DNA of 64,000 nucleotides from Leptogorgia sarmentosa (Eukaryota): NCBI GenBank assembly GCA_964658305.1, contig OZ210885.1, positions 620,001 to 684,000 of the forward strand, read 5' to 3'. Shown piece by piece: positions 12,894 to 25,796 of this stretch (position 1 is its first letter; each line of letters starts with the position of its first letter). The notes under the pieces were generated by a model. It saw only the letters and a program-made list of their open reading frames with translations, ran no database searches and was not told where the DNA came from. The position numbers and the translations under genes were made by a program.

Positions 12894-15800
12894 TCAACGG
12901 ACATAAATATATGCAATAGATCGAATTTGTTTGTTCCCATTACCATCCCGCGAAGGATAATTATATCCACTTGACCAAATAAAACCATCCAGATTCACGC
13001 CAAATCCAATCAACCCTTCCTGTTGCTGACAACTTTTGTGAGCGAGGTAGCCAATTCGCACTCGTTTCTGTGTGGGGAATATTTTACTTGGGACATTGAA
13101 ACCTTGGATAGGACAATCAACAGGAAGTAATGAACCACCAATGAGAGATTGCCACTTTTGGGTAGTAAAGTTCAATGGTTTAAACGCACCATCTGCAATC
13201 ACACTGTGCATTGAACTTGCTTGATAGGCAATGCCGATCCACTTGGTAGTCCTGGTGGTTGGGTCTTTCATTCCCAGACAGATCTTGGTGAACGGTGTGT
13301 TGGTGTACGAGGCCAACTTCGTCTCAGCGTCTGCGAAATGGCCAAATTGTGCTCCTGCTGCTGCATTCAATGTTTCGTTGTTATTCCACAAATGAGAGTC
13401 GTATTTGAATGTTTGCTAGAACAATGCAAGGATTGATTATTCAAAAACACTTGTATGATTTGCAAACAAGTGCAAGCTCATGGTATTTTAACTAGAGGAG
13501 TCAAAAGGGCCCATTATTGTTTCCAACAAATTGAATAATTAATTGGATGAATCGGATAAATCATGCAGAATTCAGATAACTTAGAACGAAGATAATGCGT
13601 ATAAATTTCACTAATTATTACTAATAAGGTAATGCGATAAACCGTACAGTGTCTGCGAATGATGCCCACGGCTTATGACATTAAATTATGTCTACTTAGT
13701 TTATATTGTGTGATCATATAACGTTTCCATTTTTTTTCGTACACGACTGTCTTTTCACCTGTCGCCTTTTTTCGACTCTTCAACTACTTTCAGAAATTTC
13801 AGTTGCCCCTTCCCACCACACTTTACCAATTAAGAATAGGTATGAAAAATTTCATATTTTCAGCGAGTATTTACAAGAAGAAGAAGAAGAAGGAGTTAAA
13901 TGTCAAATAATGGTTTGAACGAAAAAATTTATTCTCTTTTATGAAAAGTATTCTTTGAAAGCAATGATTCTGTATTGTTGCTTCCATATGAGTCACAGAA
14001 TGTTGTTATTAAGACCATATAAACTATCACAACCTCCACAGGTCTGCATATCATAAAATACATATAATACATATTATCTACCGTGTTTTCATTTGTTTTC
14101 ATAATCAACGTCCATCCTCCACCATCACATTCTTGAACGTCCAGTTTTTTCATATGACAATAAACTTCATAAATCTGTGATTGTTCATCAAGTTGTAACT
14201 CGTAGCGTCCATTTGGTAATGAGCTGCAAGATGTTGAAGCCCCAGTATATAACAACGAGTAGGTATACAAGTATATAGAGGATATTACACGCAGGGAAAT
14301 AGATACACGCAGAGAATTCATATCTTCAAACTGCCGTGTAATTTTCTATTTATTCAAGAAGTATTTAATACCTGTTTTGATTTAGTGCATCCTTGCATGA
14401 CTTGTACGTCACTGGACTTCGCATGGTTGGTACCCCTATGCGAAAATTTTTTGTCAATTTTGCAACCTGGATCTTGACAAAATAGACCGATTTTTCTCCA
14501 CGTCGGAATTGCAGGGAGGCTGGGGTCAAGAGCTGATAGTCTGGTACTTTTGTAGAGCAAAAATATAATAACAGAAGCTATCGAACTATTTTTCCTTTAT
14601 TTTCCAATATGACATGGAAAACGTATAAAGAAGATAAATATATCATAAAAAATTAGGATTACCGGGTCAATATAGCTAGGTATGTAGCTATATTGGCTCA
14701 ACATAATAATTATTGGATACCAGGTTTTCCAAGATTTTCTGTTGACTCAATAAAAGTTAATAAATAGATAATGACTTGCAGTTACTTTGCAGATACCTTG
14801 CAGTCATATAATCATTTACCTTGCAAATTTTTATCCCGATATTTTTGTGTTAAGCAGCTTACATTGTGTATCTACGAAAAAATTATTGGGAATTTGCCCA
14901 AGTGAAGAGCAATTGCAATATGATAGACAAGTTTGTAAAAGCAAAATGTCAAAAGAACAAGAACAGACATACTAATATTAATATACAGGGTGTATCAAAA
15001 AAAAGTTCACTCATGAAAAACATTCTCTAAACTAACGAGCGCTCAAAATTTCCAAAAACTTTCGGTTAGCATGGGTAGTTTAACACCCTCTGGTATATCT
15101 AGCACTAAGTTTATTTTAAAATCAAACTTTTTTAGAATGGGAAATGTGGTTACAGAAAGGCCCACTAAAAACGGCTTGCGCGGAAAAAATAAGTTTTCTT
15201 CACACAGTTTGATTTAATCGGATGAAAATATGGAGTATAATATACAAGCTATTCAAGTTTTGAGAAATTTGGTGCACGCTGAGACGAACGTGCGATGTTC
15301 GAAAACTGGATTTTCCGCAATTTCTTCGCGTAATTAGGGACCTTTGGGAATTAGCTTTCAATTTGCATTGGTAATTAATGCAAATATCCAATTATGCATA
15401 AATTAATCCGCAATCACGCAGGAAAGAACGCAAAATCCAGTTTTCGGACATCGCACGTTCGTCTCAGCGTGCACCAAATTTCTCAAAACTTGAATAGCTT
15501 GTATATCATACTCCATATTTTCATCCGATTAAATCAAATTGTGTGAAGAAAACTTATTTTTCCGCGCAAGTCGTTTTTAACGGGTCTTCAGTAACCACAT
15601 TTCCCATTCTAAAAACGTTTGTTTTTAAAATAAACTTAGTGCTAGATATACCAGAGGGTGTTAAACTACCCATGCTAACCGAAAGTTTTTCTAAATTTTG
15701 AGCGCTCGTTAGTTTAGAGAATGTTTTTCATGAGTAAACTTTTTTTTTATACACCCTGTATTGACATGATCGTAAAATGCATCATGCCAACGCAGTTGTT

Positions 15801-17030
15801 TGTGAGGGGGGTTTGGTATCATTGATGCCTTGTTAAATCACATTTTGTGATAATACTAATATGTTATTACAATTTTTACCTTTTGTGGATTAACCAGATG
15901 AACATGATGATAAAAAGAGTTTGTCTCCAGTAAGTTGGATGATGTATTGTGGACCACGTCATGCAACATTTCACAGTTTGATTCATTCTTGAAAGTCTTT
16001 TTGAAGTTGATCGATCTACAACACAGTTCAGTGGCACATTCCATGATGCAATCTATCCACTGAGAGACGACTGTGGCCTTCACAACTGTTGCATTCAGCC
16101 TGAAACCTTGGTCAGTAGAGAAAAGTCAGAGTTGACTAGAATGTCATGCATGATGCAACTACCGCACGCCTTACTACCCAACAATGTAGCGATATTTTCG
16201 AAACATGAAGTTCAATTTAGTCATAAAGTATTTAATCAGCTTTAATCTTGGTTTAACTAGCTTTTTTGTTTTTGTGAAATATTTCCCGTATGTTTTTTTG
16301 TCTTATGTAACCTTAAAATTAATTTGGTGTGAAAAATTACCATCTATCCGATTTGCATATTCAATGCATATTTGCATTTTCAAAATGTACTAAACTTTTA
16401 TTCATAGTAGCTATATAGATTTCGTGTTCCAAATAAAATCATTTCAATGCAACATTACATTAAGTCTTACAATATGACCCATGAAACTAGTTACGACGTG
16501 GATAGCTAGCAATCCCCCCCCCCCTCCCTGGTAAACAAGACTAAGAGAGACGTCACCAGAGAAGCAAAGAAAGAGCTCACATTTTTGTGTGTAGTGGATT
16601 TTGACTATTTCAGAATTACTAAAGGAATTATAAATTAAATGCTCTCGTGTAGTTACTAGAGCAATTAAACTTCTAATAATTTATTGTTTTCAGGAGTTTT
16701 GTTCATATTAAAAATATTGGAAGAGTCGTGATCGTACTGTTTTATATTCGTCCATTTTCTCAGCATTCGAATAAAGTTACCATTTCGGCTATAATTGTAC
16801 AGGATTGATTTGTTACAACGAAAATAGTCAGAGATATTAGCACGAGTAACTTTGCAATAAACACATTATTGTGAAAATGAAGTAATTTCTCGAAACCTAC
16901 CTTCGAGACTTGAATTATAACAGACCACATTAATTATGCTTAATGTCTTTGGTTGAGTTTGAAGTCCTCCAGTTGCCATGATTATGTACGGAATGGAGGA
17001 AAACAGCAAATAAAGGGTCATACGATGCAT
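12894..17030 (-). CDS. Secreted PAN/apple domain + fibrinogen-related domain protein resembling coral skeletal organic matrix protein 5 (USOMP5-like), ~363 aa, 5 exons; exon 4 acceptor uncertain
   Basis: Exons 17030-16901 (MHRMTLYLLFSSIPYIIMATGG..), 16106-15880 (PAN: CIMECATELCCRSINF..NCEML), 14871-14820, ~14242-14082 (YEVYCHM..CDGGGWTLIMK), 13415-12894 (TFKYDSHLWNN..ETKLASYTNTPFTKICLGM..RVRIG..IGFG..YIYVR). Phases are consistent. Confidence 0.8.
14986..15758. mobile_element. Tc1/mariner-type fold-back MITE (~773 bp, ~330-bp inverted arms)
   Basis: Termini TA|CAGGGTGTAT...ATACACCCTG|TA with TA target-site duplication. Arms 14986-~15315 and ~15431-15758 are near-perfect reverse complements. 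Confidence 0.9.
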
Positions 17031-19263
17031 CTTCACACTTCAAACTTCTACAACATAGATTGACCATGCAAATAATGATTCAACAAAACACACCCGAAAC
17101 AAAATAGACCCATCAGAAACAAGGCGGAATTGCTTTGCGCCGCCTTAAATATTTTTTCTAATTCTGCGAGCCCAACAATACTAATTCCGCACGGCTAGAT
17201 ACACACGTGCATAGAGGAGTAAATACATAAGGAGAGCTCACTACACGCCTATGATTTTGACGTAATGGCTCATATTCCGAGCAAGTGCACTAAACTGAGT
17301 TTAAAATGGCGGCGTTGTCACGATATAGCGAGATTTTTTTAAAAATTGAACAGTGCATGTATATATGTGCTACCTCCCTCTCCCCGAGAACTATACACCA
17401 CAGTGATGCACAGTATGAAAACCGCGTTATATGCTTCTTTCGTCGAGTTGGCCCTCTGTATGATGTTAGCTACTCTGTATTATTTCTTATACTTTCTTAG
17501 TTTCTCGGCAATGTGACACTAACAAAAACAGCTGTTCTAGCTACAACTAATTATATTAGCCAAATAGATTATTGCGAAAATGATAACTTTCATTTTATGA
17601 GATGGAGGCAAATATGCATTGATAGGATTTCCATCCGATACGTTTTGGAAGATTTATTCACACATAGAAGAAAAATATTTTCAGCCATACGTCCATTAAC
17701 ATGGATCATCTCTAAATGCAGCTACGCATGCAAATTAAGTATTTTCAAAAAATTACAATTCCCGAACATAAAACGTAACTTGAAAAGACGTCAAAACAAA
17801 TTATGTGAACATGAATAATCATAAATAGAATGAATTTAAAAAAAACATAATCCAATTTTAAATCAGTATTGTAATATTTTTTTTAATTCTATCATTTTGC
17901 GCGAATTTGCTATACAAATGTGGCCCAAGGTAGCTATTGTTGCCACCTTTAATAAAAATGTACACAAAATTCACGAACTTCGCAAGGATTATTTACTTTA
18001 TAACGATTGCAGTCTAACTTGTAGTAGCTAAGAAGATTGACACTTAGTTACCAAGAATTTCATTTATTTTTGCCTAAATCAAAATTTAGCTTACTGTACG
18101 ATTCAAATGATCCATTGGAGTAAAAATACTTCTGTACTTGACAAAATTCAGTCGAATTGCTCAAAAGCAAAGTGTTGGGTTGAAAACGCGACTATTTTAA
18201 TCGAATTTTCGCCATGAACTAGTAGCGCATTTATTCATTGGAAATGGCTCCAGCTTGCACGAGCTTTGTTACTGTCAACATAAGTTTTGCAAGAAGTCGG
18301 AAAGTGCACTGTTATATAATAAAATACTTTTCCAAAGCTTACCACAAAGTGAAGTACTAATATTCTTCCGTTCCACTTCGAGTACCTTCTGCACTATGAA
18401 GCAATGAAAACACTTGACACTGTTATGTTTGTTCATTTGTCAGTGCTTGCTTAGTTACCTTGGCAATATTATATAAAACGCACTTAGCTAAGCATAAGGA
18501 AAGAAATGAACATCTATTAGCTCTACTGCATTATTTATTACTATATATCAATCCTTTTGAACTTTGCATGCAGCTGAGCAACAATAACTGCTGAAGATAT
18601 ATTCCATATCTGTGTTCAATCATATACTTGTACTAGGTAAATTTTCCAGTTATTATACTTTTCACTAAATAACTGCGATAGAATTCTTCCAGTAAAAGTA
18701 TAACAGGTAGCAAGAAGAAGGAGAGCAAAACGTTCGTGCCATTGAAGTAACATAACGGTTCTTTAATAGGATAATTGATTCGGCTAAAATATTAAAATAG
18801 CTGCGATCTCTTTCTTAGCCGTATTTGCATAATCCAAGAACAAAACGCAAGAGAACAAAAGAGAACAAAACGCTTTCATATGGGGGTTTAGTTGTTGGGT
18901 TTAAAATGAGGGCAAGGAAAGTTCAGCTATTTTCGATAAATCAAATTCCTGCAATTTTGATCATCCTCATAAAACTCATTGCATGATGTCATGCCAAGAC
19001 CATATTTTTCATCCTGCATTAAAACATTTTGTTGTTTGAAATATTTCGACATGTTTATACACACGACATAACATATGTATTCGTAACCATGTTATATATG
19101 TAACCATTTGCGATATTTCTGATATTCTTATGGCAGTACTAGTAAAATTACAGGTAGCAAAAGGAAGGAAAGGGGAGCATTAATGTCTTAGGATAATTAT
19201 AGTGCGGTCAAAGTGCTAGATATAGCTACGCACTCTCTTCGTTAGCTTTCAGTAACACATTAT

Positions 19264-19415
19264 CATTCTAAAAAAATTGACTTTTAAAATAAATTTAGTG
19301 CTAGATGTACAAGAGTATTAAACTAGCCTTGCCACCAGAGGTTTTCCAAATTTTGAGTGCCCGCATTAGTTTAAAGAATATTTGTCATCAGTAAACTTAT
19401 TTTTATACACCCTGT
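19264..19415. mobile_element. Degenerate right-arm fragment of the 14986-15758 MITE family
   Basis: cattctaaaa..ttagtgctagat..aaattttgag..ttttatacaccctgta aligns to 15606-15760. Confidence 0.75.
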
Positions 19416-21667
19416 AGCTAGTTTGCTAACGTTCTCAAAAAAAGAATCGCATCAAAAAATGGCCCCGTGTGAAACAGGGTGAAAAAAGATAACTTAATTA
19501 GATAAAACTAAATACCTAAACTTATATAAATATTCACTATCTTGGTTTTCATATATCAGCATTTTCTCAAACTTTCTCATTTTGGCCACATTCGTTATAT
19601 GGTCGAGTAGTCACAATATAACTAAGCATAAGCAATTTGAAGGATAGTTGTCTATAGAGACATGAAATAAAAAACACTTAAACCAAGTAAATATAGCTTG
19701 CCGAGCTGAGCTCGATAAAGTTTTTATTTTCTTTCCTGCACTTAGCCCTTTCCATGACTAAAAAAGTTTACCAATTACACTGAAGTTTTCCGGAATCGAG
19801 TGTCTTGCACGATTGACAAAACGCCGTTAAAAAAATTCGAAACCCGCAGAAAAATTCATTATAGAATGGCATCTGAAGAGCATGTTGAAGTTAGTAAAAT
19901 TGCGAAGTTTGAGCGTAAAATGTTGTTAAAATGTAGAAAAGAATATAGCCCCTTGTGTAGCTTGGAACGTTTTGTGAAGTTCTGTAGCTATAAGGCACAG
20001 GGAAAATTGATACCAACTGCGGGTTTTAAATTTCATGCGTCACGGCGTCCTGATCATGACACTCTTTTATAATAATATTAGTATGCGAATCATGTATATC
20101 AATTTAAAATCATTTCAAAATCTTACCAAAGAAATGATGAAGTCAGTAATAATTTTTTCCTTGCGCTCTTGAACACTTCGTCATGCACTACTTTCAGCTT
20201 CGAATATTGTGTTTGTATCTTAGTTGTTAGATAAATAGAGTAAATGAGTACTACCACTACATTATTAATCAGCATGCATAATTGTATCATCAAGCTGCCT
20301 TCCTAAACTTTGTATTTGCACGCATAATGATAAAACAGTGAAGATATTATAGCTATTTGAAAAACGTCGCGTGCGCTCGATGAACGTTGATTATATAGCA
20401 AGAAAATAAATAGTAGCTATCATGAAAAATGAAATAGTCACTTGTGGCCTGCTTTATTCAAATTTATCAGCGAAAATTGCAAGAAATAATTTATTAGCTA
20501 CGTTATTAATTTATTAAACTAACCTGTTCAACCTTTTCGTTTTCAGTAGCTATATATGTTTATACGAAATTTAGATTAAATCCTGCACATCAATAACAAT
20601 AACATCACGCTATATAGCTATTTCAAAAAGTGTTAATACTGTAATAATAATCACTTGGCTATAGATTAATGCTGCATGGATTAATGACAATTATCTAACT
20701 TTGGTAATAATAATGTTCTAGCTATAAATACGTTTTGAAAACAAATTTACACATCGGCTAGGAAATTTCTAATTCATAAGATTTTACTGACATTTCAGAT
20801 GATTTTAAAAAAGACTTAGCTAGCTAGCTACCGAAGGAGAAAACTGAAATTTAGGTTTTAGTAAATGCGAACTTGTGCCTCTTATGGCGGCTTTAATGCG
20901 ATATCACGGATATTTGAGGAAATTGTCAATTGCATATTACTAGAAAAATTTAACTCTTAAGATTAAATGGATTAAACAATATTGTGCGAGTGTATGACTA
21001 CAATTATATGCACGTTATTTTGACATTTTTAGTAAAATTTCGATCAAGCTGTATTTCAAAATGTGGAGGGCAAGTAGCGGATAGCAACACTAACGGAGCA
21101 GATGCTGTATTCACTGCCTAAACATTACCACAAGATTCCACGTCTCATTAATTCTCAACGAAAGACCTTTGCTAGAAGTTCGAACATTGAATCCATATTT
21201 GTATCGTTTAGGTGAGTGAGTGGACCCCTACCAGTTGTTGTTGTGATTGGTTTCAAACAAAGGCCTTTCATCGGGAATCACATTTATTTATTTTCCGATC
21301 AAGGGTCTTTGCTCGAAGCATCGAATCTTGTTGTATCATGTGGGTAGTGAGTAGAAATTGTTGGGGACCTGTTTCGTACAACAACGTAATACAAACTGGA
21401 GTTTTAAATACACTGTATGACAACAGCATGAAATTTCCATACAGTGTTTGAATACCAACTAAATATTAATTATATACGTGGACAATAAAATGCCTACACC
21501 TACATCCCGTTTATATTGAGAGGTCACAGCATGTGTCTCAGCCCACGAGATTGTTAAAATACCGTTGTACTTGTAAACTTCGAGATCTTGTAAACGTCAG
21601 CAGTATAAACATACTCTTATAGTCTGTATCAAAACAATATTTTTTTCAAATCTGAACGCTTTTAAGA

Positions 21668-22498
21668 ATGGCCAGATTGAGCCTCTTGGTTTGGACGGGT
21701 CTGATCATTTTCTACTTGTTGTACATATTTCAAGCGTTGGCTTTAACTGGTTATATGGTTATGAATATCGGGGCTCCATACTGGGTCTTCGCTCCGCTCT
21801 TTCTACCAGCTCTGTTCTTTTTGAGTTGTTTTGGATGCCTTCTGCCGAAAGTTATGCACGAGAAAGCAGCTCGTTATGTCTGGTTTGTGTGGTTTTTGTA
21901 TACTATTGTATTAGTGCCTGTCGTTGCCATTATATTCGCTAAAGCTGTTCCTGAACTGAGTAGCTCAGACACGTTTGGTCCGAATGTATTAAAAACTATC
22001 CTCTGCATTACACCAGTTCTACTGATACTTCTACTCAATGTTACTGTTTCTCCACAAAACCGAAGATTCATCGAGAGAGTTTCGACGTCTGGTGCATTGG
22101 ATTTATTCGACGGTATAGAAATGCTGGCGATCATATTGGAACAAGAGCAGTTCAGAGCGGGCTCTTTTAAGCTTGACAGTTCAATTGAGATCGCTATCAT
22201 TGTATTTGTTTGCATCAGTCTATTCATCTCTCCGTTCGCGTTATTTCAACATAAAGTGAGGTATGGTGAAGTGACAGTACGAAAGAAGACAATGCTTGTG
22301 CGCACGTCAGTTCAAGTTTTCTTGGTGAACTTGACGTTTCTGGTTATGAGATTTATTGTTTGGTTCCATTATGATTATGATGCATCAATATTCATAACAA
22401 AGAACATTGTTTCCATAGTGATAAGTGGGATTGAAATCAGCTCTGTTTTCGGGTACTTCAGCTGTGGAATCGACACTCATGAAACATTCAATGTATAA
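21668..22498 (+). CDS. Intronless multi-pass membrane protein, TMEM121/CECR6 (TMEM26-related) family-like, 276 aa
   Basis: Single ORF with several hydrophobic segments and family-like motifs FGPNVLKTILCITP, LDLFDGIEML and NLTFLVMRFIVW...SIFITKN. Confidence 0.8.
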   Translation: MARLSLLVWTGLIIFYLLYIFQALALTGYMVMNIGAPYWVFAPLFLPALFFLSCFGCLLPKVMHEKAARYVWFVWFLYTIVLVPVVAIIFAKAVPELSSSDTFGPNVLKTILCITPVLLILLLNVTVSPQNRRFIERVSTSGALDLFDGIEMLAIILEQEQFRAGSFKLDSSIEIAIIVFVCISLFISPFALFQHKVRYGEVTVRKKTMLVRTSVQVFLVNLTFLVMRFIVWFHYDYDASIFITKNIVSIVISGIEISSVFGYFSCGIDTHETFNV

Positions 22499-22928
22499 CA
22501 TTGTTGACCTTTGCTCACTTGACAACAGCATACATCCGAGAAAATGTTGCAAGTCAAGTAAATATATTTTTCATAGTTTTATTATTCACATTAATTTTGC
22601 AGGGCTATTAGAGAGTATCTGCATTAATGTTACAATGTTCTTACTTAATTAGCTTGTCCACCGTCTATTGGTGGATTTAATTCAGCGGCTTTCATAATAA
22701 AATATTGAGTGGAGATCGACCTCAAACATATAGAGGATTATGGTGCCCATTAGTGAGCAAGTGTGTGTTTCAATAGACCTATATTCGGGGTTCACCCTCT
22801 CCAATTATAACGTGACATGAAACCCAAGAAAAGCTGCGTCAAAATGAACGTGTAAGCAAATTGATTGAAAAGTACCAAATGTATATAAAAAAGGCTAGTT
22901 TTTGAAACTCAAATTAGAGAGAATTATA

Positions 22929-23159
22929 CAGGGTGTCCCCCAAAAAAGTGACCTGTATAGAAATCACTCTTTTGTTGTTAATCTCGGTTTATTGCACCTC
23001 TGGAAATTAGCTTTTGACGAACAGCAACAAAAGCGCGTGCTGTTATAAATATACTTCTGTCGTTCATGAGCCATTCAATTATATTCTCAAAGGCATAGGA
23101 ACGCACGTTTTAAGACAAAAGAGCTGATTTCTATAGAGGTCACTTTTTGGGACACCCTG
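22929..23159. mobile_element. Tc1/mariner-type MITE (~231 bp), nested in an older MITE (~22880-23340)
   Basis: TA|CAGGGTGTCCC..AAAAAGTGACC...GGTCACTTTTTGGGACACCCTG|TA. Outer inverted repeats aaaaaggctagtttttgaaactcaaatt and aatttgaatttcaaagactagcctctttttacaccctgta. Confidence 0.85.
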
Positions 23160-23846
23160 TAGTAATCCGATTGATGTGAACTGCACAAATTTAATGATAT
23201 GGCGCAAGAAATGTCCCTGTAGTAGAAAATCGTTTGTTTCAAGGGTCGCTAAATGATTCCGAGCAGTTTTGCGTGCCAGATAATTAGATAAAATACGAAT
23301 AATTTGAATTTCAAAGACTAGCCTCTTTTTACACCCTGTATAATAATTATGCCTAAAACTAGAAATGGAAATTTGCATAAGTTTAAGTGTTGAACAATTT
23401 CCAGAAGCGTTTAAATAAAAGCATTTAATGTCAATTGAAAAATGTATCTTTAATTATCTAGTTTGAATTAACACAACATAGCTACGTATACAGATAATAA
23501 AATTTGCAACTTTTTTAGTATATTTTTACTGGGAATTTTTTTCTCTCGGCATATTGCTACAACTGTCATCTTGGTCTGAATCACTCTGTCATTGGCTGAC
23601 TAAATATTTGAATTTTTACAGCCAATCACAGAGGTTTTGTTTGTGACGTACAGCAGGATGCTGCCACCCTGCATAGTTTTTGCAAAAATTAATGAAATTA
23701 ATCAAACTGTGAACAGATTATATATTATTCCTATAATACGAATATTTGCTTAAAATAGTTTTATAATATTTCAATGACGAAATTTGTGTAAAATATGTTA
23801 TTATAACAATGTCCTAGTACTTCATGTTGTTAGTATAGAAGAATAG

Positions 23847-24057
23847 AAGTCCGAGGTTGAGTATCGTGGTTGAAGTACTTCAACCACGGACTTCAACCAC
23901 GATGCTCAACCACGGACTTCAACCACGATGTTCAACCACGGACTTCTACACCATACTCAGCCACGATATTTCAACCACGATACTGAGTAAGGTGGCTGAG
24001 TATCGTTGTTGAGTATCGTGGCTGAGTATCGTGTAGAAGTCCGTGGTTGAGAATCGT
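23847..24057. repeat. Minisatellite of ~12-nt CAACCACG-based units with orientation switches
   Basis: Alternating caaccacggacttc and caaccacgat(a/g)(c/t)t units; perfect 24-bp palindrome at 23865-23888. Confidence 0.85.
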
Positions 24058-24446
24058 CAAGGGCGTCAATCCTGGGGGGGATGGGGGGACGCGTCCCCCC
24101 CCACTTTTTGAAGTGGGGGGGACGAATATCTAATTATCCCCCCCCCCCCACTTTTTATCATGTTCAAAAAATTCTCATATAATTTAGGCAAGAAATTCGG
24201 CGGAATTATTTTAGTAAAAAAAGTTCCCAGAACGCTGAAAATGGTATTTGTGCATGATGTTTCAAATTTCAAAATTTTTCGGGGAAGATTGCCCCCAGAC
24301 CTTTCTAGAAAGGGGCACGCCTCGTACGCCTAAGGGGGGGGGGGTACAAAAATCTGTCTGTTGTAAAATAGTAATCCCCCCTGAAAAAATGTAGCCCGTA
24401 CACTTATGGTCCCCCCCCCACTTTTTGGGACGGATTGACGCCCTTG
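24058..24446. mobile_element. hAT-like MITE with poly-G/poly-C tracts
   Basis: 15-bp TIRs CAAGGGCGTCAATCC / GGATTGACGCCCTTG; no target-site duplication evident. Confidence 0.7.
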
Positions 24447-24921
24447 TGTATTTCTAGTTAGAAACATATTAATTAATATCATTAATTAATGTTGTCCCAC
24501 TCAACGCTGGACAGTATATTAAACCTGGACAGTTTCAGGGGTAGAGTGATGGAAATAAAAACCGCAATTCAATTAATTTAATGAAATTTTATTCATTCAA
24601 ATTTTATTAAATTGCAAATAAATTTGAAAATTGTTTTTATCCAGCGCTTTGTGTACATAATGAAATGCATATACGGCGCGAGTGAGCAGAATAACCGCAC
24701 GCGTTAAATATTGGTATCAGCCGGCCGAAATGTAAAAAGTACAGACTTGTCTAAACGAAGAGTCGAGGAAATGCGATGTCAATTGCAACTATAACTGCTT
24801 TAACTGGGAAGTACAACTTGTCAATTGCAACTATAACCAAGTAGTACAACGTCATCCGAAACAAGAAAAAAAAATAAAGGAAACACTAGCTGCATTGCAG
24901 TTGCAGGAAATGGACTATTCA

Positions 24922-24927
24922 TTTATT
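24922..24927 (-). terminator. Polyadenylation signal of the six-cysteine peptide gene
   Basis: AATAAA on the minus strand about 95 nt after the TGA. Confidence 0.5.
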
Positions 24928-25021
24928 GATTTTATCCTGTACATTTCGTTTCACTATCATACTACGTGCATTATATTTAGCGATTCAGTCGTACACTTCT
25001 GAAAACAACCAGTCCACGTAT

Positions 25022-25707
25022 TCATTTTGCAGCCTCACATATTCCTGCCCGGCATACAAGAGGACCGATATCACAACCTTCTTCACACTCGCTTTGAGCA
25101 GAACATGGTTCTCTTATCTTAAAGTTTGCACATGGTTCTGGCTGAAAGAGAAATCAAAAATATTATATGAAAATTTAATATCTTTGTACTGAATAATTTT
25201 TATTCTAAGCTCTTCTCCCAAGACATCCGGTTAAAGGATTATGCATATGTATTATTGATCCTCAGTGTTACTGCATCGGGAGAATTTAAACTAAACCATC
25301 TTGATATATTGTAGAAAAATCTAGCAATTCGATTGAAAAAGGATATTTGTTTGATTCGGTAGTGGTAAGTTAAAGTACAGTTAACTCTATTATTAATAGA
25401 ATAGTAGCTAAAGCTTCGAACCTAAACTTGAATCTCATTTAGCTATATAGGCCTATAGCACTGCACTGACATCCCTTATGGATGTAGTGGTAGCTTCTAA
25501 CAGAGGATTTCTCGGACAATTCCATTAAGTTTCATAATAATAATAACCCGTTACAATATTTTTAAAAATTTTCAATATAAAAAATCATTCTACCCCATCG
25601 CCGCCTTCACCGTTAGAGCCACCCCACCAAGCTCCTGTGTATTTCACTTCAAAAACAGCGAGAATAAACAAGGACATCAACAGCACTGGGACGCATGAAC
25701 ATTTCAT
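25022..25707 (-). CDS. Small secreted six-cysteine peptide (toxin- or antimicrobial-like), 77 aa, 2 exons; not in the ORF track
   Basis: Exon 1, 25707-25594: MKCSCVPVLLMSLFILAVFEVKYTGAWWGGSNGEGGDG|gtagaa. Exon 2, 25141-25022, after ttctctttcag|: PEPCANFKIREPCSAQSECEEGCDIGPLVCRAGICEAAK-TGA. Phase-0 join, TATA box upstream, AATAAA downstream. Confidence 0.8.
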
Positions 25708-25796
25708 ATTTACCAATAAGATTGATCTTGCTATATGCCTGCGTTATTATTCCAACTGCAAATTGTATGTATTGCTGAGTTTGTCCGCTTTATCTC

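Noticed and set aside
18690..19250. Diverged direct duplication (18690-18820 vs 19140-19250) with a signal-like translation
   Set aside because: Frame not conserved between copies; likely a decayed repeat.
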